Of a DNA stretch of 36,732 bases, positions 23,981-33,770 are shown in pieces. Position 1 is the stretch's first letter. The number at the start of each line of letters is the position of its first letter. Both the position numbers and the translations under genes were made by a program. Location: contig CAXTFU010000007.1 of assembly GCA_964243385.1 (NCBI GenBank), positions 1 through 36,732 of the forward strand. Direction: 5' to 3'. Below the pieces are notes generated by a model, which was given only the letters and a program-made list of their open reading frames with translations, was not told the origin of the DNA and ran no database searches. Source of the DNA: an uncultured bacterium. GTDB taxonomy: Bacteria > Actinomycetota > Actinomycetes > Mycobacteriales > SCTD01.

Positions 23981-24973
23981 TCACCGGGCGTCGAGGGCGA
24001 GCTCCCTGCGGTCGCCGAACAGGCCCTGCGGCCTGAAGATCATGAGCAGCATGAGCCCGAGGCCGACGAGCATGAAGCGCACCTGGCCGATCTCGGAGGT
24101 GGTGAGGACGGTGTCGGAGATGTACCCCGCCGACTTGGCCTGCGTGAGGACGTTGTCGGTGAGGGACAGCAGCGTCCAGAAGATCATGGCGCCGATGACC
24201 GGTCCGAGCACGCGGGCGGCGCCGCCGAGGATGACGATCGTGTAGGCGAAGAACGTCGTCTCGGTGCCGAAGAAGTCGGGCTGGACGGCGGCGTTGCCCC
24301 AGGCGGTGACGAACCCGGCGAGGCAGCCGAGCGTGCCGCCGAGCACGAGGCTCTGCAGCTTGTACGAGTAGACGTCCTTGCCGAGGCTGCGGACGGCGTC
24401 CTCGTCCTCGCGGATGGCCTTCAGGACGCGTCCCCACGGGCTGCGCATGAGCATGAACACCAGCAGGCACGACAGGGCTACGAGCGTCCAGCCGACGGTG
24501 AGCGCCCAGGTCGCCCGTTCGTTGAACGCGACGCGGCCGATGCCGTAGCGCCCCTCGCCGTAGGGGTTGATGGAGTAGAAGCCTGCGGCGAACCGCCCGA
24601 GGCCGTCCGAGCCGCCGGTGTACTCCAGCAGCGTGGCCGACCGGAACAGCATGCGGACGATCTCGGCGGCGGCGATCGTGACGATCGCGAGGTAGTCGGC
24701 GCGCAGGCGCAGCGTCGGCGCGCCGAGCAGCACCGCCAGCAGGACCACGCCGAGCAGGCCCACGGCGACGCCGGCCAGGGTCGGCAGGCCGAACGTCGCC
24801 ACTGTGATCGCGAGCCCGTACCCCGCGACGGCCAGGAACGCCGACTGGCCGAAGTTCAGCAGGCCGGTGTAGCCGAAGTGCACATTCAGGCCGATCGCCG
24901 CGAGGGCGAACACGACCGTGTCGAGGCCCACCATCGCGCGCAGCGCGTTGGTGATGATCAGTCCCCAGTCCAT
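23981..24973 (-). CDS. livM: Branched-chain amino acid ABC transporter permease (LivM-type)
   Basis: The sequence GLNVHFGYTGLLNFGQSAFLAVAGYG...REDEDAVRSLGKDVYSYKL... is typical of LivM/BraE permeases, and there are multiple TM segments. Confidence 0.9.
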   Translation of the reverse strand: MDWGLIITNALRAMVGLDTVVFALAAIGLNVHFGYTGLLNFGQSAFLAVAGYGLAITVATFGLPTLAGVAVGLLGVVLLAVLLGAPTLRLRADYLAIVTIAAAEIVRMLFRSATLLEYTGGSDGLGRFAAGFYSINPYGEGRYGIGRVAFNERATWALTVGWTLVALSCLLVFMLMRSPWGRVLKAIREDEDAVRSLGKDVYSYKLQSLVLGGTLGCLAGFVTAWGNAAVQPDFFGTETTFFAYTIVILGGAARVLGPVIGAMIFWTLLSLTDNVLTQAKSAGYISDTVLTTSEIGQVRFMLVGLGLMLLMIFRPQGLFGDRRELALDAR

Positions 24974-25317
24974 GACGCCCGCCCGTCAGCCGGCGCGGCC
25001 GGCGCGGCGCGAGGTCCCCTGGGGCCGAGCGAGCAGGACGGTCGAGGTGGTCGGCGCGCAGGCGGCCCGGGACCGGCCGTGGACGGTCGTGCCGGAGGCG
25101 CCCGGCGCCGCGGGCGGGAGCGGCTCGCCGGGCGCTACGGGCGGCGCCGCGGCTGTGGCGCGAGAGGTTTTAGGCACGCGAGATCTCCTGTCGTCGGGGC
25201 TGTCCGTCCGCGTGGGACTTCCAGCGAGAAGCCGCCGGGCCGGTGTCCGGCCAGGCGGTTGGTACGCCGCTGCCCTCGGGCAAGAGCCGGGGGCGCGTCC
25301 TGGCGGCACGCCGGCCG

Positions 25318-26163
25318 TTAGCCGACCATGCGGTTGCTCAGCACCCCTAGTCCTTCGACCTCAACCTCGACGACATCCCCGTCCCGCAGCCACGGCTGCC
25401 CGGCGCGACCCTCGGCGACCCCGGCCGGCGTCCCCGTGGCAATGATGTCGCCCGGCTCGAGGGTGAAGTACGCGCTGCAATAGCTCACCAGCTCCGCGAC
25501 CCCGAAGATCATGTCTGCCGTGCTGCTGCTCTGCACCTGGACCCCGTTGACGCGGCAGGAGACGTGCAGCGACTGCGGGTCGTCGACCTCGTCGGCGGTG
25601 ACCACGTGCGGTCCCAGGGGCAGGAACTGGTCGGCGGTCTTGCCGAGCAGCCACTGGCTGCTGCGGAACTGCAGGTCCCGGATGCTGAGGTCGTTCGCGT
25701 TGCAGTACCCGAAGACGTGTCCCAGAGCGTCCGACGGGGATACGGCGCGGGCTCGTGCTCCAATGACGACGCACAGCTCGGCTTCGTAGTCGAACTGCTC
25801 GGACGCGCCGGTCGGCAGCACGATGTCTTCTCGGTGGCCGGCCAGGGCGTTGGAGAACTTGCCGAAGACCACCGGCTGAGCCGGCAGCTCGGACCCGGTC
25901 TCCTTAACGTGGCCCCGGTAGTTCAGGCCGATGCAGACGATCTTTCCGGGAGCGGGGACGCACGGCGCGTGCACGACGGTCGAGGGGTCGAGGACGACCG
26001 CGCCGGCCAGCCCGGACGACAAGGCGTCCCGCGCCGCGCCGCCGCCGTCGATGAGGGCCCGAAGGCTCCGCGGACCGCCCGCGGCTTCCGCGTCGACCAC
26101 TCCGGACCCGGTGACGACGCCAAGTCGGTCGCCGTGGGCCGTGCGCATCGTGACGAGCTTCAT
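25318..26163 (-). CDS. Fumarylacetoacetate hydrolase (FAH) family protein
   Basis: FAH-family motifs are present: KIVCIGLNYRGH, DYEAELCVVIG, GYCNANDLSIRDLQ and LEPGDIIATGTPAGV. GGGAGG lies upstream of the ATG. Confidence 0.92.
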   Translation of the reverse strand: MKLVTMRTAHGDRLGVVTGSGVVDAEAAGGPRSLRALIDGGGAARDALSSGLAGAVVLDPSTVVHAPCVPAPGKIVCIGLNYRGHVKETGSELPAQPVVFGKFSNALAGHREDIVLPTGASEQFDYEAELCVVIGARARAVSPSDALGHVFGYCNANDLSIRDLQFRSSQWLLGKTADQFLPLGPHVVTADEVDDPQSLHVSCRVNGVQVQSSSTADMIFGVAELVSYCSAYFTLEPGDIIATGTPAGVAEGRAGQPWLRDGDVVEVEVEGLGVLSNRMVG

Positions 26164-26184
26164 CGGGGCCTCCCGGCGCGGGAA

Positions 26185-27336
26185 TCAGGCATTGCGGGCG
26201 GCGAAGTCGACGATTCGGCGACAGCCCTCGATGATGTCGTCGTCCGAGGCCGCGAGGGAGATCCGCACGAGGCCCTCGGCGGACTCGCCGAACGCGCTCC
26301 CCGGCACGCACGCGACGCGTTCCTCCTGCAGGAGGGCCAGCGCCAGGTCGCGGCTCGTCGATCCGGCGCGGCGGAGATCGACCATCGCGTAGAAGGCTCC
26401 GTGCGGCCGCACGGGAAGCAGGCCGGCCGGGCCCAGCAGTGCCTCCGCCGCGCCGCGTCGCCGCCGGTAGGTGTCGCGCATCATTTCCGCGTCGCCCTGG
26501 GGTCCGGACAGCGCCGCGAGCGCCGCGGCCTGCGACACGGACGACGCGCAGGTGACGAGGGGTTCCTGGACCGTCCCCGCGAGCCGCACGAGCTCGGGGG
26601 CCGCGACCAGCCAGCCCAGCCGCCACCCCGTCATGGCGTAGGTCTTCGAGACGCCCGAGACGCTGACGACGCGCCCGTGCGGATCCTTCGCGCGGGCGGG
26701 GACGTGCGCCCCGTCGAAGACAAGGTCCTCGTAAATCTCGTCGCTGATGACCCAGAGGTCGTGCTGGTCCGCGAAGCCCATCACGGCCGCCACGGTCGCC
26801 TCGTCCCACACGGACCCGGTCGGGTTCGACGGGTTGCACAGCAGGAGCACCTTGGTCCTCGGGGTCAGGAGCCCGGCCATCTGCGTCAGGTCGGGGCGGT
26901 AGCCGTCAGCGGCCGCGAGCCTGTAGGGAACAGCAGTGGCGCCGGTGAGCGCCGCCACGCTGCGGTAGTTCGGCCATCCCGGGTCGGGCACGAGCATCTC
27001 GTCGCCTCGGTCGAGCAGCGCGAACGCCGCAGCGGCGATGGCGTTGACCGCCCCGTGCGTCACCAGGACCTCGTCAGGGGAGACGTCCGTCGACCACTTC
27101 CGTGCGTACCGCTGGGCGATCGCGGCCCTGAGCGACGGCAGGCCGAACGACGACGTGTACCCGGTTCCGCCTGCCAGCGCAGCGGCCAGCGCCGACTCGA
27201 CGATGTGGTCGGGCGTGCGGAAGCTCGGCTGCCCGACCTCGAGGTGGACAACCCCCGGGAGCGTGCTAGCGAGCTCGATGATCTCTCGGATGCCGGACCC
27301 CGGCATGGACTGAGCGGACGAAGACAGCGGCTTCAA
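26185..27336 (-). CDS. Class I/II PLP-dependent aminotransferase (aspartate/aromatic type)
   Basis: The motifs are LLLCNPSNPTG and the PLP-lysine motif SVSGVSKTYAMTGWRLGW. The track start is a TTG at 27336, and ATG 27306 is an alternative. A 21-nt gap to the FAH gene suggests an operon. Confidence 0.93.
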   Translation of the reverse strand: MKPLSSSAQSMPGSGIREIIELASTLPGVVHLEVGQPSFRTPDHIVESALAAALAGGTGYTSSFGLPSLRAAIAQRYARKWSTDVSPDEVLVTHGAVNAIAAAAFALLDRGDEMLVPDPGWPNYRSVAALTGATAVPYRLAAADGYRPDLTQMAGLLTPRTKVLLLCNPSNPTGSVWDEATVAAVMGFADQHDLWVISDEIYEDLVFDGAHVPARAKDPHGRVVSVSGVSKTYAMTGWRLGWLVAAPELVRLAGTVQEPLVTCASSVSQAAALAALSGPQGDAEMMRDTYRRRRGAAEALLGPAGLLPVRPHGAFYAMVDLRRAGSTSRDLALALLQEERVACVPGSAFGESAEGLVRISLAASDDDIIEGCRRIVDFAARNA

Positions 27337-27874
27337 CTGTGACCCTCAGGACAAGCGGACCCGCGATGTGGCTGGTCGACGCTGGCCGGGACGGTAGCAC
27401 CGCTGGCGGCGACCGGCGGACCGGCGGATGCGGAACGGCCCGACGCGGGGCTGCGAATGCGAGGGCACGGCGCGCGTGCTCCTCCGCGCGCCCGGCGACC
27501 ACGGACGACGAAATGGACGAACTGCTCCCGCCCGGACCGGGGCCGCCGCCCTACTTGCCAGCGACGGGGACGTCTGAGCCCGTCAACGGCCGCGTCCGGC
27601 GCGTCGACGGCCGTTGCAGGCAAGCAAAAGGCAGGTCAGGGCAGCGGACGTGCGACGGACGACTCGGTTCAGGCTCCGTCGAACGAAGTCAGCTGACGCG
27701 ACCGAGTTGCGCGGCCCAGTGGTACGGCCGCTGCAGGCTTTGCTGGCGAACACTTGCCGATCAGGCACGGCTACCGGCACGAGACGTCGAGCAACTAGTC
27801 GGCTGACGGTCCACGTCGAGAAGCGCGCGGCACACCTGGGACAGTCGGCCCTATCTGGGTCTTGTCGGCGCATT

Positions 27875-27882
27875 TGTGCGCT
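27875..27882. repeat. Left copy of the 8-bp target-site duplication TGTGCGCT
   Basis: It is identical to 28924-28931 and lies immediately outside the IS inverted repeats. Confidence 0.85.
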
Positions 27883-28923
27883 CATGCTTATCCGCTTCGC
27901 TCCGCCCGCCCTTGTCGTGTCAGGGCGTTGACGGATCGAGGACGGGCGGGCGGTTGCCAGGGCCGTCGGCGTAGATCTGGCGGTAGGTGGTGGGCGCCTG
28001 CTGTCCGCCGAGGCCGAGCAGTGACTGGAAGGCGGCCATCGGGGTGCGACGTCGGTTGAACCGGAACACGTACTCGTCGAGGTAGACCTGCAGGTGCTCC
28101 TTGGACACGCCCCGGTGGGTGCCCTGGAGCCAGGTCTTGAGGTGGCTGATCACCCGGTGGACGCGCGGCAGGATCTCGTCCAGGTCGTCCGCCGCCACCC
28201 GCCGGGGCCGCTGCGTGCGCGGGCGGTGCTCGTATCCGAGCTTGGCGAGTCGGCGGTAGGAGCTCCAGCCATCGGTGTGCACAACGGCGCCTGCCTGTAC
28301 GACCTCGCGGACGAAGCCGGTCAACGTCGCGGTCGAGGCGTCCTCGACAACTTGCATGCGCACGCGACCCGATCCGGCCCCACGGACCTCGACCGCCACG
28401 ACGACGAGGGCCTTCGTGCCGTGCTGGCGGCCACCGCGCAACTCGCGGTCGAGCCCTCCGACGAAGCACTCGTCGACCTCAACGGCTTGAGTGAGCAGCG
28501 TCCGTTCCGGGTTCACCGTCGCGCGGCGCAGCTTCTGCAGCATCATCCAGGCGGTCTCATAGCGGCTGAGCCCGAGCTGACGCTGCAGCTGCGTCGCCGA
28601 GATCCCTGGAGTGCTGGTCGTCATCAGGTACGCCGCCCAGAACCACAGGTGCAGGGGCGTCCGCGTGCCGTGCAGCACTGTGCCGGCGGTCAGCGACACC
28701 TGATAGCGGCACGAGCCGCACTGCCAGAGCAACCGCTTGCGCAGCACCGTGGCCTCGAGGCCGAAGCAGCGCGGGCACCGGTAGCCCTCCGGCCAGCGCG
28801 ACAGGATCAGGTGCTCCCGGCAGGCGTCATCGTCGGGGAACCAGCGCTGGAACTCGACGATGCTGCGAGGGAAGTCAGGCCGCGGCACACCCCAACGCTA
28901 GCGGAGCGAAGCGGATAAGCATG
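27883..28923 (-). mobile_element. Intact IS1595-family insertion sequence (1041 bp)
   Basis: It has 23-bp perfect terminal inverted repeats: CATGCTTATCCGCTTCGCTCCGC at 27883-27905, and its reverse complement at 28901-28923. An 8-bp direct repeat TGTGCGCT flanks the element at 27875-27882 and 28924-28931. It carries a single full-length transposase ORF. Confidence 0.92.
27920..28888 (-). CDS. IS1595-family transposase
   Basis: The N-terminal zinc-ribbon reads CPRCFG...WQCGSCRYQ. The DDE_Tnp_IS1595-type core includes VEVDECFVGG, VHTDGWSSY and LDEYVFRFNRR. Confidence 0.95.
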   Translation of the reverse strand: MPRPDFPRSIVEFQRWFPDDDACREHLILSRWPEGYRCPRCFGLEATVLRKRLLWQCGSCRYQVSLTAGTVLHGTRTPLHLWFWAAYLMTTSTPGISATQLQRQLGLSRYETAWMMLQKLRRATVNPERTLLTQAVEVDECFVGGLDRELRGGRQHGTKALVVVAVEVRGAGSGRVRMQVVEDASTATLTGFVREVVQAGAVVHTDGWSSYRRLAKLGYEHRPRTQRPRRVAADDLDEILPRVHRVISHLKTWLQGTHRGVSKEHLQVYLDEYVFRFNRRRTPMAAFQSLLGLGGQQAPTTYRQIYADGPGNRPPVLDPSTP

Positions 28924-28931
28924 TGTGCGCT
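28924..28931. repeat. Right copy of the 8-bp target-site duplication TGTGCGCT
   Basis: It is identical to 27875-27882 and lies immediately outside the IS inverted repeats. Confidence 0.85.
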
Positions 28932-29093
28932 ATCTGTACCGGCCAGGCCGGCACAACGAGTACATGGACCAGCGGCTGGTGGCCTGCCGGAGCGGCGCAG
29001 ACGCGCAGGCTCTAGCGGAGCCCGCCCCAGCCCGACGCGGGCCTGGTGAAAGCCACAAGCACGGCCAGTACCACAACCTGATCGCGACGCCGG

Positions 29094-29122
29094 TTGACTG
29101 ACTGGCCACTCTCTTATAGGGT
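29094..29122 (+). promoter_or_regulatory. Candidate promoter for the TetR gene (TTGACT-17 nt-TAGGGT), probably leaderless
   Basis: The -35 element TTGACT is at 29094-29099 and the -10 element TAGGGT (TANNNT) is at 29117-29122. The GTG start at 29129 lies 7 nt downstream of the -10. The surrounding patch is AT-rich. Confidence 0.3.
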
Positions 29123-29128
29123 GTCGTC

Positions 29129-29737
29129 GTGGCAAGGCCGAGGAGCACCGACCGCCGAGAAGCGATCCTGGCGGCGGCGACCGTTGTCATCGCGGATCGA
29201 GGACTAGGTGCTCCGACGGCCGTGATCGCCAAGGAGGCCGGCGTCTCGAACGGGTCGCTGTTCCTCTACTTCGCCACGAAGACCACCCTGCTCAACGAGC
29301 TGTACGTCGCCCTGAAGTCCGAGATGGGTGCGGCCGCGGTCCAGGGCTTCCCGGCCGAAGGACTTCCGCGCGAGCAGGCGCGTCACGTGTGGGACGAATG
29401 GCTGCGCTGGGCGACGTCCTGCCCACAGAAGCGCCGGGCGCTCGCGCAACTGGAGGTCTCCGACGAGGTTACCGCGGAGAGCCGCCGGATGTTCGGCCCC
29501 GACTTCGCCAGCGTGACGGCCCTGCTGGAGCGTGTTCGGGTCGACGGGCCGGTGAGGGACGCGCCGCTGGGCTTCGTCCTGGCATTGACGACCGCCATGG
29601 CCGACACGACCGTCGACGCGGTCATCCGTGACCCGGATCGCGCCGACGTCACCCGCCGTGCCGGGTTCGAGGCGCTGTGGGGAGTCCTTGCCGGGCCGTC
29701 CCCATGCCGTTGCTGTCCTACCGAGCCCAGGAGCTGA
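29129..29737 (+). CDS. TetR/AcrR-family transcriptional regulator
   Basis: The TetR HTH reads REAILAAATVVIADRGLGAPTAVIAKEAGVSNGSLFLYFATKTTLL. Confidence 0.9.
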   Translation: MARPRSTDRREAILAAATVVIADRGLGAPTAVIAKEAGVSNGSLFLYFATKTTLLNELYVALKSEMGAAAVQGFPAEGLPREQARHVWDEWLRWATSCPQKRRALAQLEVSDEVTAESRRMFGPDFASVTALLERVRVDGPVRDAPLGFVLALTTAMADTTVDAVIRDPDRADVTRRAGFEALWGVLAGPSPCRCCPTEPRS

Positions 29738-29905
29738 CTTGTCCCGACGCGCCACGACCCCCACGGCAACAAGGGCCCGGGTCACCGGCGGGCGTCCGTC
29801 CCCCGCCCGCCATGGCCCCGTCATCGCGGCGGCGCGTCAGGGCACAGTCGCCCCCCGCGCGACCGGCCCCGCCAACCGGCTCCAGCCCGTAGGGCAGCGG
29901 CCGGC

Positions 29906-30751
29906 ATGAACGCGGGGACGAGTCAGAGACCGGATCTTCCGCTCGCCGTCGTCGTTGGGGCAGGAGCAATGGGGATGTCGGCGGCTCGCCGCCTCGGGGA
30001 TGACTACCGGGTACTGCTCGCGGACATCGACGCCGAGAGAGTGGAGAAGCGAGCCGCCAGCATGCGTGACGACGGGTACGACGCGCAGAGCCAGGAATGC
30101 GACATCACGGACCGGGCCTCCGTCGACCGACTCGCTGAGAAGGTTGCCGCAGCCGGTCCGCTCCGTGCGGTCGCCCACGTGGCGGCCAAGTCGCCCAGCA
30201 TGGGGTCGTGGCAGGAGATCCTGGCGCTCAACCTGGTCGGCGCAGCGCATGTTGAGAGCGCGCTGCTGCCCGTGGCAGGCCTCGGGACCGCGGCGGTGTT
30301 CGTCTCATCCATCGCCGCCCACCTCGTGCCTGACCCCGGTCCCGAGGCACTTGCCGCACTCGACGACCCGCTTGCGCCCGACCTCCTGGGCAGACTGGAC
30401 CGTGCCGTCACGGAGCGGACCCCGGGCGCGGCCTACTCCCTCGCGAAACTGGCCCTGAACCGCATGTGCGCGCGCCGCGCGGCCGCCTGGGGCCGACGCG
30501 GAGCGCGGATCGTGTCCATGTCCCCCGGCCTGATCGCGACCCCGATGGGCGCGCTGGAGTTCGCCGGGGACAACCGCGGGCCGAAGCTGGCACTGCTGCA
30601 GCGCACGCCGCTCGGACGTGAGGGGACCATGGTCGAGACCGCCGACGCGATCGCCTTCCTGGTATCCGCCCGCGCGTCCTTCATCACCGGCGTCGACCTC
30701 CTGGTCGACGGCGGCGTCACCGCCGCGTCGCGGTTCCCGCCCGCCGGCTGA
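29906..30751 (+). CDS. SDR-family oxidoreductase
   Basis: The Rossmann motif is VVVGAGAMGMSAA. The catalytic YSLAK fits YxxxK. The SDR C-terminus reads FITGVDLLVDGG. Confidence 0.9.
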   Translation: MNAGTSQRPDLPLAVVVGAGAMGMSAARRLGDDYRVLLADIDAERVEKRAASMRDDGYDAQSQECDITDRASVDRLAEKVAAAGPLRAVAHVAAKSPSMGSWQEILALNLVGAAHVESALLPVAGLGTAAVFVSSIAAHLVPDPGPEALAALDDPLAPDLLGRLDRAVTERTPGAAYSLAKLALNRMCARRAAAWGRRGARIVSMSPGLIATPMGALEFAGDNRGPKLALLQRTPLGREGTMVETADAIAFLVSARASFITGVDLLVDGGVTAASRFPPAG

Positions 30752-30838
30752 ACCCCCCTTCGACCGGAACCGCCGACCAGGCCACGGACGACGCGCCCGT
30801 GCCGCAACACCCTTCCGCGCATCCAAGGAGAGCTGATT

Positions 30839-32044
30839 GTGGACATCGAGCCGTTCAAGATAGCGATACCCCAGCGTGAGGTCGAGGCGCTACGCACCCG
30901 GCTGGGGGACACCCGCTGGGCGCCGGAGCGTGACAACGAGGACTGGTCGCTCGGGGTGAACGGGACCTACCTGCGCGAACTGACGGATTACTGGCGGGAC
31001 GGGTTCGACTGGCGGGCGCAAGAGGCGCGGATCAACGAGCTCCCCCAGTTCCGCGTGAACATAGACGGCGTACCGATCCATTTCATCCATGTCCGCGGCA
31101 AGGGGCCCAACCCGGTCCCCATCGTCCTGAACCACGGCTGGCCCTGGACGTTCTGGGACTTCAAGGACATCATCATGGCGCTGGCCGATCCTGCCGCACA
31201 CGGCGGTGACGCGGCCGACGCCTTCGACGTCGTCGTCCCTTCGCTGCCGGGCTTCGGCTTCTCGGGCCCGCTGCCCGGAGCCGCGCTCGGGTACGTCGAG
31301 ACAGCCGACCTGTGGGTCACGTTAATGCGGGGACTCGGCTACGAGAAGTTCGTCACTCATGGCGGCGACGCCGGCGCGTTCGTCAGCGCCCGGCTCGGCC
31401 ACGCGCACCCGGACTCGCTCATCGGCGTCCACTTCAGCATCCCGATCCTGCCAGGGGTGCCGCACGACGCGGGCGACCCTGCTGACTTCACGCCGCAGGA
31501 ACGCGCCATGGTCGAAGGGCAGGACCTGGGCCCGGCGGCGTTCGTCCACGTCCTGATCAACAGCTTCGACCCGCAGACCCTCGCCTGGGCCATGCACGAC
31601 AGCCCCGTCGGCCAGGCCGCGTGGCTGCTCCTTCGTCGACGCGCGTGGAGCGACTGCCACGGCGACCTGGAGAGCGCCTTTGACAGGGACACGCTGCTCA
31701 CGCACCTGTCGCTGTACTGGTTCACCGACAGCTTCCTCGGATCCGAGATGTTCTGCCGGGCCTCCGAGTTCACCGCCCCCATGGCGCTGGCCAACGACGT
31801 GAAGCCCGAGATCAGCGTGCCGACGGCCGTCGCCGTGATGCCCAAGGAGGTGATGCACAGGCCACGGGCGCTCGTAGCAGCGCACAGCGACCTGCGCCAG
31901 TGGACGCTGTTCCCGCGCGGCGGCCACTTCGCGGCGGCCGAGGAGCCCGAACTAATCGCCGAGGACATCCGGTCGTTCGTCCGTCCCCTTCGCCCGGCCG
32001 AACGCCGCGCCTCGGGCTCCGCGCAGTCCGGGCCGTTGACGTGA
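30839..32044 (+). CDS. Epoxide hydrolase (alpha/beta hydrolase with an EHN N-terminal domain)
   Basis: The N-terminus reads PFKIAIPQREVEALRTRL...NELPQFRVNIDGVPIHFIHVRG. The oxyanion-hole region is HGWPWTFWDF. AAGGAGAG lies upstream of the GTG start. Confidence 0.9.
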   Translation: MDIEPFKIAIPQREVEALRTRLGDTRWAPERDNEDWSLGVNGTYLRELTDYWRDGFDWRAQEARINELPQFRVNIDGVPIHFIHVRGKGPNPVPIVLNHGWPWTFWDFKDIIMALADPAAHGGDAADAFDVVVPSLPGFGFSGPLPGAALGYVETADLWVTLMRGLGYEKFVTHGGDAGAFVSARLGHAHPDSLIGVHFSIPILPGVPHDAGDPADFTPQERAMVEGQDLGPAAFVHVLINSFDPQTLAWAMHDSPVGQAAWLLLRRRAWSDCHGDLESAFDRDTLLTHLSLYWFTDSFLGSEMFCRASEFTAPMALANDVKPEISVPTAVAVMPKEVMHRPRALVAAHSDLRQWTLFPRGGHFAAAEEPELIAEDIRSFVRPLRPAERRASGSAQSGPLT

Positions 32045-32058
32045 GCAGGAGGGCTCGC

Positions 32059-33621
32059 GTGAGCGACGTCCGCCGGTCGCTGGACACGATGAGCTTGCTG
32101 GTGAACGCGCTCAACCAGGACCCCGACCGGCCGCTCCTGCACCTGCTCAGCGGCCATACGCTGACCGTGGGCGAGACGCGCGACGCCACTTCGCAGTTCG
32201 TCCAGGCCCTGACCCGTTTGGACGTCGTCGAAGGGACACGCGTGGGGTTGCTCTCCAGCAACCTGCCGGAGGTCCTGCACGCGAGCCACGCCGCCCAGAT
32301 TCTCGGAGCCGTCTACATACCGTTGCATCCGCTGGCGTCCGAGTCCGACCACCTGGACATCCTGCGCGACGCCCAGGCCGACCTGCTGATCTTCGAGGGT
32401 GGCCGTTACGACGAGCGCACCGCCGCGCTCGTCGGCCGGCTGCCCGGCATCAGGGTCGTCGCGCTCGGGCGGTCGGGGCTCGCCGAGGACCTGTGCGCCC
32501 TCGCGGCCTCCCTGCAGCCACTGTTGCTCGAGACGCCACTGCTGGACTCCGACGGCGTCGAACGGATCTCCTACTCGGGCGGGACGACAGGGCGGCCCAA
32601 GAGCATGGCGACGCGCCGGACGACCAGCGCTGCGGTCCTGAGCATCATGCTGGCGGAGTGGGAATGGCCGACGCGACCACGCGTCCTGTCCTGCGCCCCG
32701 CTGAGCCACGCGGGCGGCACCATGTTCCTGCCGACCCTGCTGAGAAACGGCTCGATGCTGGTGCACCCGCGATTCGACCCGCTGGCAGTCCTGCAGGCAA
32801 TCCAAGAACACGAGATCAACTGCATGATGCTGGTCCCGACCATGATTTATGCCCTGCTCGACCACCCACGCTTCGAGGAGTTCGACCTCTCGAGTCTCGA
32901 GACCGTCTTCTACGGCGCGGCCATTATGTCGCCCGTCCGGCTCCAGGAAGCGATCCGGCGGATCGGCCCTGTGTTCTTCCAGTTCTACGGCCAGGCGGAA
33001 GCCCCGATGACCGTCGCGGTGCTTCGCAAGGCGGAGCACGATGTCGACGACTTGGCAAGGTTGAGCGCTTGCGGACGCGCGGTGCCGTGGCTGATGGTCG
33101 AGCTCCTGGATCCTGAGGACCGTCCGGTGCCGCCCGGGGAACGGGGGGAGCTGTGCGTCCAGGGCCCCATCGTCATGGACGGCTACCGGGACAGCCCGGA
33201 GCTCAACGAGGAGGTGTTCAGCGGCGGCTGGCTGCACACCGGTGACGTGGCGATCCGGGACTCGGACGGCTTCCTGCGGATCGTCGACCGAAAAAGGGAC
33301 GTCATCGTGTCGGGAGGCTTCAACATCTACCCCCGCGACATCGAGGACGCGCTGGCGCTGCACCCCGCGATTGCGCAGTGCGCGGTGATCGGGGTGGCCC
33401 ACCCCAAGTGGGGCGAGGCCGTCAAGGCGCTGGTGGTGCTGAAGCCGGGAAAAGTCGCGTCGGCCGAGGAGCTCACTGCGCTGGTGGCCGAAAGGAAAGG
33501 CGGCTTCCAAGCGCCCAAGACCGTTGAGTTTATCGCCTCGATCCCCCACACCGCTGTCGGCAAGCCGGACAAGAAGGCCCTGCGGGCGCGGTACGACCCT
33601 GACGGCATCGAGGGGACGTAA
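32059..33621 (+). CDS. AMP-dependent acyl-CoA synthetase/ligase (FadD-like)
   Basis: The AMP-binding motif is [45 protein letters not shown] and GKPDKKALR are also present. I chose the GTG at 32059 because AGGAGG lies upstream, and ATG 32089 is an alternative. Confidence 0.9.
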   Translation: MSDVRRSLDTMSLLVNALNQDPDRPLLHLLSGHTLTVGETRDATSQFVQALTRLDVVEGTRVGLLSSNLPEVLHASHAAQILGAVYIPLHPLASESDHLDILRDAQADLLIFEGGRYDERTAALVGRLPGIRVVALGRSGLAEDLCALAASLQPLLLETPLLDSDGVERISYSGGTTGRPKSMATRRTTSAAVLSIMLAEWEWPTRPRVLSCAPLSHAGGTMFLPTLLRNGSMLVHPRFDPLAVLQAIQEHEINCMMLVPTMIYALLDHPRFEEFDLSSLETVFYGAAIMSPVRLQEAIRRIGPVFFQFYGQAEAPMTVAVLRKAEHDVDDLARLSACGRAVPWLMVELLDPEDRPVPPGERGELCVQGPIVMDGYRDSPELNEEVFSGGWLHTGDVAIRDSDGFLRIVDRKRDVIVSGGFNIYPRDIEDALALHPAIAQCAVIGVAHPKWGEAVKALVVLKPGKVASAEELTALVAERKGGFQAPKTVEFIASIPHTAVGKPDKKALRARYDPDGIEGT

Positions 33622-33770
33622 CGACGCAGCCCGTGCCCGCAGGCCGTCGGCCGTTCCAGTCGTGAACTGGCGACTTGCTGGCCGCCAACAGAGCACCCAG
33701 AGCACCCAGCGCAGTCCGTGGCTCCGGCCACCGGACCGGCGCGATCCTGTCGATGACCAAGGAGGAACAC

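Noticed and set aside
25564-27342. A 592-aa plus-strand ORF, plus the 311-aa minus-strand ORF 25904-26839.
   Set aside because: They lie antisense to, or in alternative frames of, the FAH and aminotransferase genes.
27584-27616. A hairpin with a 9-bp perfect stem (CAACGGCCG ... CGGCCGTTG) and a 15-nt loop in the gap upstream of the aminotransferase gene.
   Set aside because: It is a real inverted repeat but is not adjacent to any gene end. It has no U-tract and no second copy in the window, so I cannot assign a function.
27851-27857. CTATCTG, present at 27851 and again at 28930, considered as a possible IS target duplication.
   Set aside because: The spacing relative to the inverted repeats is asymmetric. 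The true duplication is the 8-bp TGTGCGCT that directly abuts both inverted repeats.
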